Source: Octopus sinensis
Lineage: Eukaryota
Direction: 5' to 3'
Assembly (NCBI RefSeq): GCF_006345805.1
Contig: NC_042997.1
Coordinates: 107,136,001 to 107,200,000 of the forward strand
Length of the DNA: 64,000 nucleotides
Below, piece after piece: positions 51,421 through 63,234 of this stretch (the stretch's first letter is position 1; the number at the start of each line of letters is the position of its first letter). The notes below the pieces were generated by a model. It had not been told where the DNA came from. It worked only from the letters and a program-made list of their open reading frames with translations, and searched no databases. A program made the position numbers and the translations under genes.

Positions 51421-54191
51421 CGTGGTGACGTCTTATATGGAGCGCTGAAATAGCTTGTGGTGTATGCGAGAGATTCGAAATAAAGGCACCTACCTTCTCT
51501 TTGCTCAGATGGAGACCCTTCAGTGGTAACGGATCCTTCAACACAGCCCGACCCGGATGCTAGAGATAGCAGCTGCTTCACCTAACCTTAACAACGTGAT
51601 GACCCGTCTTGGCCCCTCGGCGACCCGACTCGAAAAGGTAGAATCCCCTGCTCGCTGCCCCTTCCAGTCAGTTCCCCAGCTGCTGACGTCATCTCACAAA
51701 GTTGTTACTTCTTGGATGGCCCCTTGGTAAGTGCCCTCTGAAGTAGGAATAAAACACACCAGTAGAGTTTCAGATCTCTGCCAGGAATTACATGGGATCT
51801 CATTAAATATTTCTATTTAAGCAACCAAATTTCCCTCAATAAAAAGGAGTGTGTGTAAAGAAGTGGCCACAAGGCAGCCTTCACATAATAATCAAATCGC
51901 CATCATATCTGCTCAATAATTGAAATAAATTTCAATATCTTAATTTTCTCATTAAGAGTGTTGCTGCTTTGTTGGCCCAGTAAGTAAGGGTGTTTAAAAG
52001 TGGAGGTTTCAAATCAGTGCCAGGAATTAGAAGGGATCTTATCAAATATTTTTATTTAATCAACCAAATATCTCTCAACAAAAGGTTGTCTGTTGCATTA
52101 ACAAGGGGTCACAAGGCAGTCTTCACATTGTAACATTTCCTTCAAATCTTTATAGTAAGCCCAATAATTGAAATAAATCTAAATATCTTAATTTACTCAT
52201 TTTGGTTGTTGCTACTTTGCTGGCCCAGTATGTAGGGATGTTGAAAAGTATTAACACAATGCAGAAGTTGGGGTTTTCAGATCTCTGCCAAAAATTCCAA
52301 GTGATCATATTAAATAGCTTCATTTTTAGTTAAGCTGCCAAATTCCCCTCAACAAAAAGATTGTGTGAAGAAGAGTTCACAAGGCAGTCTTAACACAGTA
52401 ACCAAATTTTTATAGTAGGCTCAATAATTGAGATAAATTTAGATATCTTAATTTTCAAATTAAGATTGTTGCTGCTTTGATGGTCCAGAAGGTAAGGGTG
52501 TTTAGAAGTGGAGGTTTCAAATCTCTGCCAGGAATTACAAGGAATCTTATTAAATATCTTTATTTAAGTAACCAAATATCCTTCAACAAAAGATTGTGTG
52601 TTGTGTGAACAAAGGGTCACAAGGCAGCTTTCACATAGTAACCAAATTTCCTTCAAATGTTTATAGTAAGCACAGTAATTGAAATAAATCTAAATATCTT
52701 AATTTTCTTCTTCAGGTTGTTGAGGTTTTTGGTGGCCCAATAGGTATGGGTGTTGAGAAGTAGTAATACAACACATAAGTAGAGGTTTCAAGTTCCTACC
52801 AAAATTATTAGAGTTTTTTTTCAAAATGATTCCATTTTTAAGCAACTAAATTTCTATCAACAAAAAGATTCTGTGTGTCAAAGCAGCCTTGACATAATAA
52901 CCAAATCATTTTCATAATAACCCAATAATTGAAATAAATTTAAGTATCTTAATTTTCTCATTAAGATTGTTGCTGCTTTGGTGGTCCAGTAGTTAAGGTT
53001 ATTTAGAAGAGGTGGTTTCAAATTTTTGCCAGAAATTACAAGGGATCTTATTTTTATTGAAGCAACCAAATTTCCTTCAACAAAAAGATTGTTCATGAAG
53101 AAGGTGTCACAAGGTAGCCTTCACATAGTAACCAAATCGCCTTCAAATCTTTGTAGCAATCCCAATAATTAAAATGAATGTAAATATCTTCATTTTCTCA
53201 GTAGGATTGTTACTGCTTTGATGGCCCAGTAGATAACAGTGTTTAGAAGTGGTGGTTACAAAGGAAAAATATTTTTATTTAAGCAACTAAATTTTCTTCA
53301 ATAAATAGATTGTGTGTATGAAGGAGCCACAAGGCAGCCTTCACATACTTAACAGATCTCCCTCAAATTTTTACAGTAAACCCAATAATTGAAATAAATT
53401 TAAATATCTTAATTTTCTCATTAAAGTTGTTGCTGCTTAGGTAAGAGTATTTAGATAGTGGTATCATAACATAGAAGCAGAGGTTTCAAATGTCTGCCAG
53501 GAATTACAGGGTGCTCTGACTAAATATTTTCATTTTTTATCTTTAGAGATAAATAAACAAAAATTTTAGTAAGACTCCTATTAATACAGGCCCTAGGTGA
53601 GATTGAACCCTGTCAAGGATGGTCAATGCGATTGTCTGTTTATGTCTCTACCCATGAGATCACCAAGATACTCAAGGTAAATGTAGTAAATTAATGAATA
53701 ATCAAATCTATTATAACTAAAGATAAAAAAAAATCTATCTCACCACAGCTGTAGCCCAATAATTAATCACAGAAATAGGTTTTACATATCTCTGTTTAAA
53801 ATCCCAAATTTGGGGCTTAGAAAAAATTAAGGACACCTGCAATAAGTGTGTGAATCTAAGAGGGAATATTTTGAATAAAATCATACTTAACTGATCCTCC
53901 TGTATTTTCTGTTACCCAATGCCTAGAACTTTTCGGCACACCCTCATATATATGTATGTATGTATTCACTTTGTTGGACCACTAACCCTAACCCCATGTG
54001 GTTTTTTTCCATCCTTTCTCTGTTTATTTCCTCTTGTTCCTTTCTATTGCAGAACATAGGCTCAAACCGTAACAGATTTTTACGAAGCATCAAACTGATA
54101 CACTTGCTTGTTGTTCTTACACTTGTCTTTATCTTTTGTTTCTCTATAAATTTGAACTATGTATGTATGTACGTATGTATATATATATATA

Positions 54192-54265
54192 TATACAATT
54201 ATATGTTACATTACTCGATAGTCAAGATATCTTGACTATCGAGTAATGTAACATATAATTGTATA
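54192..54265. repeat. Perfect 74-bp palindrome with no spacer
   Basis: TATACAATTATATGTTACATTACTCGATAGTCAAGAT|ATCTTGACTATCGAGTAATGTAACATATAATTGTATA. Confidence 0.95.
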
Positions 54266-54569
54266 GATAAATTTCCTCTATTTACATAATATTGAGGTCT
54301 CTTTCTTTTGTTATCTTACCGTTTTACCAATATATATATATATATATACATTTAGCACATAAAAAAAATGATGGTGTAGTGCATGCAGATTGAAATCTAT
54401 TGTATGTTTATGAGTTCTGTCAAATGCAAACTTTCTTTTCAGGCACATGATGCTGCTGTCCCCCATCCCAGGCCCACACCTTCAGGGTTGGCACACTGAA
54501 AGGTAGGTTAGGTGCGATTGTTGAGATGCTTGAATGGAGACATGTAGATTTGTGCTGCTCCTAGCCATT

Positions 54570-55870
54570 GCAAAATGTCCTAACAGCACATCTTCACTTG
54601 TTCCAATTCAAAGCATCATTTTCCCAGTCACTTTTGTTCATATATAGTTTCTTCAGGATTTTCCTTCACACAATCTTATATTTATACCTTTTCCTTATGT
54701 TGTGATCACTTACCAGAGTTGAGCTCCCCATGAAAAAATGCTTTGGCAATCACTCGTCTTTCATTCTAATAACATGTCCAGTCCACCTCATTTGAGACAA
54801 GATGACATATTGTACAATTCAGCTACAACATGCTCTGTGCAAAACTTCTGTATCTGGTACAAAACATTCCCCACTTGACTCACAAGATATGCCTGAGGCA
54901 ATTTTGATGAAATCTCTCCAGCATTTTCATATGACGCCTGTAAGTGGTCCATGTCTCACTCAAATAAAGTGCAGTCATTACATTCATTTTATAGACACTG
55001 ATTTTTGTCTACAGTGAAATACCTCTATCTGCCCAGACTCACTTTTCGAGCTCTCCAAATGTAACACTTCCCTGCACTATTCAATAGTAGATCTCTACAT
55101 CAAGACTACCATCTCCTGACAGTGTGCTTCCAAAGTAAACAAAAATTTCAATGATTTCTAATTTGTTCCATTCACAAAAATGTTTCGCTCAGAATGCAGT
55201 TGTCCTGGCATGGAAGTAAACGTTATGTTGTCTGAAATGTACACATGCAGTGGAGAATCTGTCCATTATATATTGCATCTCCTCCTCCGAGTGTGCCAAC
55301 AATTCAGCATCATCAGCATAAAGTAATTTTCTTACAAGTGTTTTGAAAGTCTTTGCTTTGCAGTTAAACCAGGTAAAATTTAAAATGTGACCAGATGTCT
55401 GAAATCTGGTTTCAATTTTCCCTGTTGCTGTCTTTAAAGGCATACCAAAGCAATGCAGTAAAATAAATATAGAAAAGTGTATGGGTCAGGAATATCTCTT
55501 TGTTTGACACTGTTGTCTACCAAAAATTCACAAAATAACTTACCATTAAAGACTATCTGAGCTTTCCCGTTTCTATTTAGTTCCCTAAAAATACATACAA
55601 AATGTTTTGGGCAACCAAGTTTATACAAAACAATTCACAGCACCTCCTTGTTTACTGTGTCAAATGTCTTAGTTAAATCTATGAAGACCTGGTATAGTGG
55701 CATTTGTTCTTCTAAGCATTTCTTTTGAACCTGTCTCACAGAAAATGTCTATTGTTTCTTGCTCAGATCTGAAACCACACTGTTCTTTGGGAATCACATG
55801 TGGACACACATTTTCATGAGATGATCTCACATGATCCTTGAAAGTATCTTCCCAGTATGTGCCTAAAACA
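54570..55870 (-). mobile_element. Decayed RTE LINE fragment (RT to C-terminus)
   Basis: KTFKTLVRKLLYADDAELLAHSEEEMQYIMDRFSTAC and neighbouring RTE-like segments. Confidence 0.8.
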
Positions 55871-56148
55871 GATTGAAATGCAATAGATCGATACTAGGGT
55901 TATAATTATGGGTGACAATTTCATACGACACCGCTATGGAAAATGGGATTTTTTTCTAGCAGTGTCAAATGCTCGATTTTAAAGTGGAAATATCTTACAA
56001 ACTATAGAATTTTCTCAATAAAGGCCCCCCAAAATGATGTTTTATAAACACATTCTACCAGTATACGAAGTTTAAAAGCGTTTAGTTAACTAGAAATTGT
56101 GTTGACATATGCCGTTCAAAAGGAAAAGATCCGGAAATGGAAATAAAT

Positions 56149-56946
56149 GGGTTAGCATGCAGTTAAAATCGTAAAATGGTGAAAGTATATCACTTTTTAA
56201 AAATGAAAGTATATTGTGATAGAAACCGGAAGTGACGACAGTCGATTACAAATGGAACTCTTTTGATATCGATGGGTGGATTGCCTTTGTGTCTTAGTAA
56301 CTTCTGCAACCATGAACTTGTCAATCATCTACTCAAATTTGATGACAGCATCTATACAGACTATAGAAAGGCGAGAGAGGCTCGACAAGAAGAAACTTAG
56401 GCGACAATGTGGGTTTAGTGATGATTTATTTACATGAACATGTGTGACGAATCAAATTTAGAGATCGAGAAAATCTATTACAAATCTCATTTTATGCATC
56501 AATGACTGTTATGAATATTTGTATATCTAGTCTTAACACGCCTAAAATGTCGAGCGCTAGAGGAGGATAATTGCCTTCTTTTATACAACGGTGCGTCCAC
56601 ACACTCCTTTGCAGAAAGCATTCTGGGTTACCGGTGCTTCGTCATGTGTCTCGTCAGCCAAAAGTAGCCGGAACTTCGCCGCTATCTTTGTTTATGCCCT
56701 CAATGAATACTTGTCTGTTATGTTTTTATGTAAATGTGGGCGATCACGACCGCCTAAATGTGACTGTTTTCATCTTATATAAAATAGATTGCCAATACTT
56801 GTATAGTTTTCCTGTTAAATATATGCACGTTTATGTATTGGATACATAATATTATGAAATTACGGGATATAACTTCCGGTTTCTATCGCAATATAATTTC
56901 ATTTTATAAGGATAATTTTATTAAATTTTACGATGGTAAACTACCC
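56149..56946. mobile_element. MITE-like element, older relative of 8936-9890 and 32130-33044
   Basis: Inverted ends AAAATGAAA.TATATTG.GATAGAAACCGGAAGT at both termini; shared internal blocks (TTTAGAGATCGAGAA, CATCTTATATAAAATA). Confidence 0.65.
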
Positions 56947-58360
56947 TGTTGAACCAGTAAATATTTTGCAGAAAATTATGGAGGAAGAATGGTGCATTAG
57001 CGGGCAATTATGAGAGTTAAAGATAAGAAGTAGACCAGTGACAAGAACAGTAACTTATACTTGGGAGAAAAGCACAACTGACCGTCCCTATCATAGTTTT
57101 GAACGAGGAAGCCTCTACGTAGTGGAAATTAACTATAAATCGTAACTAAATTACTATATTACAAAAAAAGAAAAGAAAAAACTTGATTATAGCTGAATTG
57201 CATTTAATTATAATCAGCTTTCTGTGTTATAGCTAAAGAAATATAGTCGCCGAATTAGCAATAGTTTATCAATGAAAGATAAAGTTCAAATCTTGCTGGT
57301 AGCGACATCACATTTTCCCCTTTGATAAAATATATTCTAGTGAAATATTGAAGCCAGTCTAACCGACTTTGACTTTGTGCTTATCACAGAGTAATTGGTT
57401 TAAGTGTTTTTAAGTGGTTAATTGATCGAGCATTAATCGAAATCGGTTGTGGTTTTGAGTTACGTCCCCTGTTCTATTGAGTTATGGCCCTTTAAGACCA
57501 CCCGTTCTCTGATCGATTACTCCTAATCACGAACTGCAAAGAAATCAATAATAACCCTTTTCCCCTCCTCCAATCAAATGTCTGGCCTTATGCCTCCGAG
57601 TTATCGCTGGATCTGCTAGAGATAGCGAAATCTATCTTAGCATCCACAAAACAAAAATATGTGTTCAATGTTTCTAACCAGATGTGTGAACAGGAAAAAG
57701 ACGAGATGGGCATGAATAGAACGCTTTTTATAGTTTATCTTGATCGCGTCTAACATGGGCGTAGCAGCCAAACAAGGAAGAACACATCAGATAATGTACT
57801 CCTAGTTATTTCATGCTTAAAAATATAGACGAGATGGTTATTATTGAACATCTATGACGATAGATGTGCTAGATTAGGACGATAGCGCCAACTTAACAAA
57901 GACACAATAGATTTTGCACTTTGCGACACTGCCTAAAAATAAACGATTGGAAAGCACACCACTTGAATGTCTTTCATCACAGGTTTACTGGGCTGGTTAA
58001 TCGAGGAAGAGTAGAGGGATCCTAACAGCAACAAAGGCTACATTAATTATTGTATCCTACATGCACTGTACGTTCTATCTTTGGCCATCGCCTGCACATC
58101 AGCATTTCATCGTCCAATTTCTCCTTTATTCAAAGTAGTAGGTGAAATTCAAGAGAATTTAGCTGCTATATTTAGCAGGTCCAGCAACGGCGTAGAGAAT
58201 CCCCTCCACAACGGTGGCGGTGGTTATAGCAGCAGTAGTAGTAGTAGTAGTGGTGTTGGTGGTGGTGGGAGAAGAAGGAAGAGGAGGAATGCCTAATGAT
58301 CATTGCAGCGTAAATCGTGTAAGGAGAGAGAGTGAGTGAGAGAGGAGGAGAGGGAGAGAA

Positions 58361-58397
58361 TCACGTGATCGGCCGCTGCAAGGAGGTAAGATGGCGG
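58361..58397 (+). promoter_or_regulatory. Housekeeping-type promoter motifs: E-box TCACGTGA and YY1-type AAGATGGCGG overlapping the start codon; GA-rich tract upstream
   Basis: TCACGTGA at 58361-58368; AAGATGGCGG at 58388-58397. Confidence 0.6.
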
Positions 58398-58498
58398 TGT
58401 CTGAATCAACAGTCCAAAATGGTGATATTACAACGTTTGGGGAGAATACAAACATTGACGACGATGATGACTATGATCGAGATACGATATTAGAAGAG
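58391..58498 (+). CDS. First coding exon of an unidentified host gene (MAVSESTVQNGDITTFGENTNIDDDDDYDRDTILEE, phase 0)
   Basis: Good Kozak context (AAGATGG), acidic 36-codon frame, consensus GAG|GTAAGT donor; no later exon recognised in the window. Confidence 0.75.
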
Positions 58499-59145
58499 GT
58501 AAGTTGTTCGTTTCGTTTTATTCAGAGAGTCCTCTTTGAAATACTCTGTTATTTTAATGTGGTTGTTGTTGAGATTGTTATTATAAATGGAATGAGAGAT
58601 TGGAGCAAGTCGGGCTTCCCCCTTTTTTTCACTCCGATCAATTTCTCAAGTCTAAACCGAACGATCCATGTTGGAGATTAACTGAAATTTGACATTGTTA
58701 TATTACAGCAAACAGGTATTGACCAAAATAGAAAGCTCAAAACCAGAAGCTTAAAAAAAAACTGTGTATATACATACATACACACAAACATATATATATG
58801 TTTGTGTGTGTGCGCGCGTGAGTGCGTAAATAGATCTATATTTAGCCTCAGTATACACACAGTTTATATGTAAATATATATAATGTATGTATATACATAT
58901 GCTTTATGTGTATAAATGTAATCGATGTATTTTTTACTTGTTTCCGTCATTGGATCGCGGCCATGCTGGGGCACTACCTTGAAGGGTTTTAGTCGAACAA
59001 ATCGATCTTAGAGGGTTTTTTTAAAGACTGTTACTTAATCTATCGGTTTCTGACTGAACCGCTAAGTTACGAGGACGTAAACAAACCAACGGCGGTTGTC
59101 AGGCAGTGGTGGTGGTTCTAAATTGCGAATAGACACTTTAATAAT

Positions 59146-59198
<53 letters not shown>

Positions 59199-60089
59199 TA
59201 AATGCATACTTACACACACACAAGTGAGCACATAAATACGAAACAAGGTGTAAAAAAATAGTACTTCGGAGGTAGAGTGATATGTTTTTTTTATACTAAA
59301 GTCGAAAGAATGCCATGTAATTTATAAATTGTTAACGTATGTGTACATATATTTAATATACGTATATATAGTATAACAGCACAGACTCATGGTTATGTGG
59401 TTAAGAAGGCTTATAATTCTATTAACAAAATTTCAATCGCCACCGTTTCCTAACTCACGTTTACGTACATATATTTATTAATGTTTGTTTTTATGTTATC
59501 TTTGTCTTCTATCTTTTACTTGTTTCAGTCATTAGACCGCAGCCATGCCGAAAAGAACTAAAGTCGAACGAATCGACTGCATTATTTAACTTTTTAAGTC
59601 TGCTATTTTGCTATCGGTTACTATTTGCCGAACCGCTAAGTTACAGGCACGTAAACACACCAATACCGTTTGGAAGCTGTGGTAGGGACAAACACACTGA
59701 GACTGAATCCAGAATCATGTGGTTGGAAAGCAAACTTCTTACCACCCTGCCACGCCTACTCTTTTACATTGAACTAAAGAATATTGTAGAAAACAAATTT
59801 ATTATTTTCTAACAAGAATTGTATTCACTGTGACTTCAAACTTTCAACCAGTTAAACAATCGTTGCACTGTCCAGTGATGGCTTAGATCTCTCTCTCTCT
59901 CTCTGTATATATATATATATAGAGAGAGAGAGGGAGCATTCACACAACATTCCCTCATGACATAAATAAAGTGGCTAGGCTGCAAAAGATTGCTAGCTAC
60001 AGAAACTCAGAAACTGGAAAAGTGGTTTTAAGAATTCTTAAGAGATAGAAACCAGGCTGTAGCAGCCAATAGGGGCTCTCTCCAAAGAG

Positions 60090-61100
60090 ACATTAATAGC
60101 AAGCGGAGTGCCTCAGTGAACTGTCTTGGTGCTACTGCTGTTTATGATAGCTCTCTTGGACATGTCATCAGTTACACTGACACCCACTCTTACTAGCTAT
60201 TCTGATGACACAAAAGCAGTCAAGGAATGTTTTGATGCTAAAAACCTAAATGCCATATATAAATGGGCTTTAAAATAAAGCATACAGTTTAATACAGGAA
60301 TATTCCAAGCTCTCCACTATCAGTCAACTTGTGCTAACATGCTACAACAAAAATACTTTGGAGCCAAAGGAGCTGCAATCCCAGAGTCAGAGTGCATGAT
60401 CTGGGGGTTGATATGAACAATGATGCCTCATTTCATGTACATATCACCAAGAGGTGGCACTGTACAGGTAACTGGCCAGATGGATTCTGAGAACTTTCAG
60501 AACAAGGGACCAGGAAACTATGCTGGTTCTATGGAGGACATTTGTCCTCAGCTGTTTGGACTATTGCTCTTAACTGTGGTTGTCGCACAGTATCAAATCA
60601 ATAATGGAACATCAAGCAGTTTAGCAGTACTACACTAGGAAAGTTGCATCAATGAAACTGCTGAGTTATTGGGAAAGACTGAAAGAATTACACCCTTAGT
60701 CTCTTGAGCTGACAGGAGAGATATGCAGTGATATATATATGGAAGATCAAGAAGGGGTTGGCATTGAGAGTGATTTATACCAGCCCTGAACTGGACATCA
60801 CTGCTCTATCTCAACAGTCTCACATGTCCTGTCTAGAGTGGGAACCATGTACTGCAAGAGCTTGGGATTCAAAGTGCACCAGCTATTTAATATCATGCCA
60901 AAAAATCTGAGCAATTTACATGTAGTGGTGATAGATGTTTTCAAGAAACAACTTGATTGCCTGCTGTCCAAGGTCCCACCATGAACCTACATCACAACAA
61001 GAAACTCTAAAGAGGGCTACAATATCAAACTTCCTTCACCAAAACTAGCTGTTGAAAAGGTGATAATACAGACAATGTCCCAGCATGGCCACATTTTTTA
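60090..61100 (+). mobile_element. Decayed CR1-clade LINE 3' fragment
   Basis: LTSYSDDTK...NAIYKWA motif region, same family as 41830-42185; ends in a CCCAGCATGGCCAC tail. Confidence 0.65.
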
Positions 61101-61489
61101 AAGTCTAAAATGCATAAAAGAATATATGTATGTATATTATCATCATCATTTAATGTTCACTTTCCATGCTAGCATGGGTTGGATGTTCTAACAAGAGCTG
61201 GCTAGGTAGAAGAGTGCACCAGGCTTCAGTGTCTGATTTCATATGGTTTCTCTGGCTGGATGCCCTTCTTAACACCAACCACCCTGCAGAGTGGACTGAG
61301 TGTGTTTAACATGCCACAAGCACAGGCAAGGTCAGTTTTGGCATAGTTTTTGCAGCTGGTTGGCATTTGGAATGCTTTTTACATGGCACCACCACTAGCA
61401 GCATCAACAAATAACTTACATATCATAATCATCGATTAACGTCCGTTTTCCATGCTGGACATTAATATATATATAAACACACACACACA

Positions 61490-63128
61490 CTAGCATGCTT
61501 CCCAGCCTTTGGCCCGGTCTGTACAGTGTTGAAATGTATTCGTAAGGCACATATTGGCATCTTTTGTAATGCCCATTTTCCTTACAATAAAAGTTGTTAA
61601 AATGTTTTTAAATCTTGCATAACATAATTTTTTAAAACTATTTAGAATATCTAAATACAGAAAGTAATATGGATCATAATACAGAAATGTATTGTATGAA
61701 AATCATAAAACGTTTACAGAACCTCAGTATATACAGTGTTTTTAACATTTTTCTTTGGAGCATATATGAAGAGTTTCTGTGGGCTTCCTGCTCTGGAACA
61801 ACCTACATACAACTGACCGTGTGAGAAACAGTCCTCATCTGGATAGAGACTGACAACCCGCAGTGTTTGATCTTGTGACTTGTTAATGGTCAATGCATAT
61901 CTGTCACTGGGAATTGCCTTCATTTGAAATGAAAGGGGACATCTGTTGGTATTAGTGGTATTCGAGGTATAAATATGTCTCCCTTTACACATTCAGTCAG
62001 GATTTTTGCTTCAATAATGAGGCTGTAGTTCAGTCACAATCATATGTGTACCATTGCACAATCTTGACTGATCCAGGTTTGTGGTGGCGTACCTGATGGT
62101 TCCAGACGGTTGAGGAATTCAAGAGGATAATGAACAGTATCATCTGTGTTGACAACTTTATCAATAGATTTATAGATGTGGCTACCTCTATCCCTCCTTT
62201 GTCTCGCTTGTTTTTTTCCCCTAACTCCCTTTCTATCTGTCTCCATGTATTTTTTCACTAAAGAGAAAAAGAAGTAGAGGTAGTGAGAGAGACATATATA
62301 CAACCAGAGAGGGACATGTAGACAGAGAAAAAGCAGAGGTCTGGCAGTGATTTCAAAGGAATATATGTAATGTTAAACTTAGAGAAAGTTGGAGGTGGAT
62401 TGAGTATTTTTTCACTCTGTATAAAGCATTATGGTGAAATAGAGAGTACATGGATTGCTAGAAATAGGAGCCAATACACCACCAATCCAGCTCCCACCCC
62501 ACCAAAATTCCATTTTCAGTTATCTGTGGAATGGTTATATTTAAATGAAATGAAAACCTGAAATATTAATTTTATTTAGTGTTTTCAGCTGTTAACATAG
62601 AAACAAACAAACTTTGCTTTTTATATTGTGTTTTCAGTGGTCAACATACAAACAAACAAGGAATCTTTACTTTTTATAAGGATATATAGACATTATGGTG
62701 AAATAGACAGTACATGGATTGCTAGAAATACATGCCAATACACCATCAACTCGCCCTCCCCAATCCGTTTTTGGAAAATAAGTGCACAACTATTTACAGA
62801 ACGGTCAGATTAATTTAAATGATGCGAAAAACCTGAAATATTATCAATTTTATTTAGTGTTTTCAGCAGCCAATGTACAAACAAACTTTGCTTTTTATAA
62901 AGATGGAGATAAGATATAGACAGTACATGAATTGCTAGAAATAGGAGCTGATACTCTACCAACCAGCCTGTCTCCCCTCCCCTAATTTGTTTTTGGAAAA
63001 TAAGTGCACAATTATCAGTGGAATGGTCAAAATAATTTACAAAAAACTCGAAATATTCTCAATTTTATTTAGTGTTTTCAGCGGTCAACGTACAAACAAG
63101 CAAACTTTGTTTTTTATAAGGATAGAGA
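61490..63128 (-). mobile_element. Non-autonomous Helitron with PIF1 helicase remnant and tandem 5' termini
   Basis: Minus strand A|TC at 63128; GC hairpin CCGGGCCAAAGGCTGGG then CTAG|T at 61490. Confidence 0.85.
61714..62190 (-). pseudogene. Helitron RepHel PIF1-family helicase C-terminal remnant
   Basis: YKSID...[16 protein letters not shown]; IFIPRIPLIPTDVPFHFK*RQFP; TINKSQDQTL...CFSHGQLYVGCSR...KNTVYTEVL*. Confidence 0.92.
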
Positions 63129-63234
63129 TAATATATCAAGCCATTAAGAATGAAATATCCAATTTTGAACTGAAAGTTTATTTTACTTTATCTCAACAAA
63201 AAGCAATGCAGTTAATCAAAGTATGCACCTAAAT

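Larger units (their letters stand above)
49781..51698 (-). mobile_element. Non-autonomous Gypsy element: LTR - gag - inverted LTR - integrase tail - LTR
   Basis: LTRs 49781-50040 and 51456-51698 (TGTGG...CACA); 5-bp TSD AAGTT at 49776-49780 and 51699-51703; inverted LTR at 50434-50689. Confidence 0.93.
45250..53530 (+). repeat. ~250-bp tandem satellite, at least 11 diverged units, interrupted by a LINE/SINE (~45700-49390) and an LTR element (49781-51698)
   Basis: AATAATTGAAATAAA anchors at ~45375, 45635, 49481, 49736, 51915, 52163, 52423, 52674, 52924, 53164 and 53384. Confidence 0.92.

Noticed and set aside
51565-51585. Tf1-like self-priming via the LTR sequence GGTGAAGCAGCT
   Set aside because: Pairs with the PBS at only 9/12 plus one wobble, worse than the 11/12 tRNA-Phe match; not fully excluded without the family consensus.
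54040-54080. Hammerhead-like core in PLE-tail repeats (also ~41270-41300)
   Set aside because: Both the CUGANGA and GAAA boxes are mutated; cannot be supported as ribozymes.
57590-58300. Divergent protein-coding gene upstream of the 58391 exon
   Set aside because: UTR-like microsatellites are present, but all candidate ATGs stop within ~20 codons and no strong donor was found.
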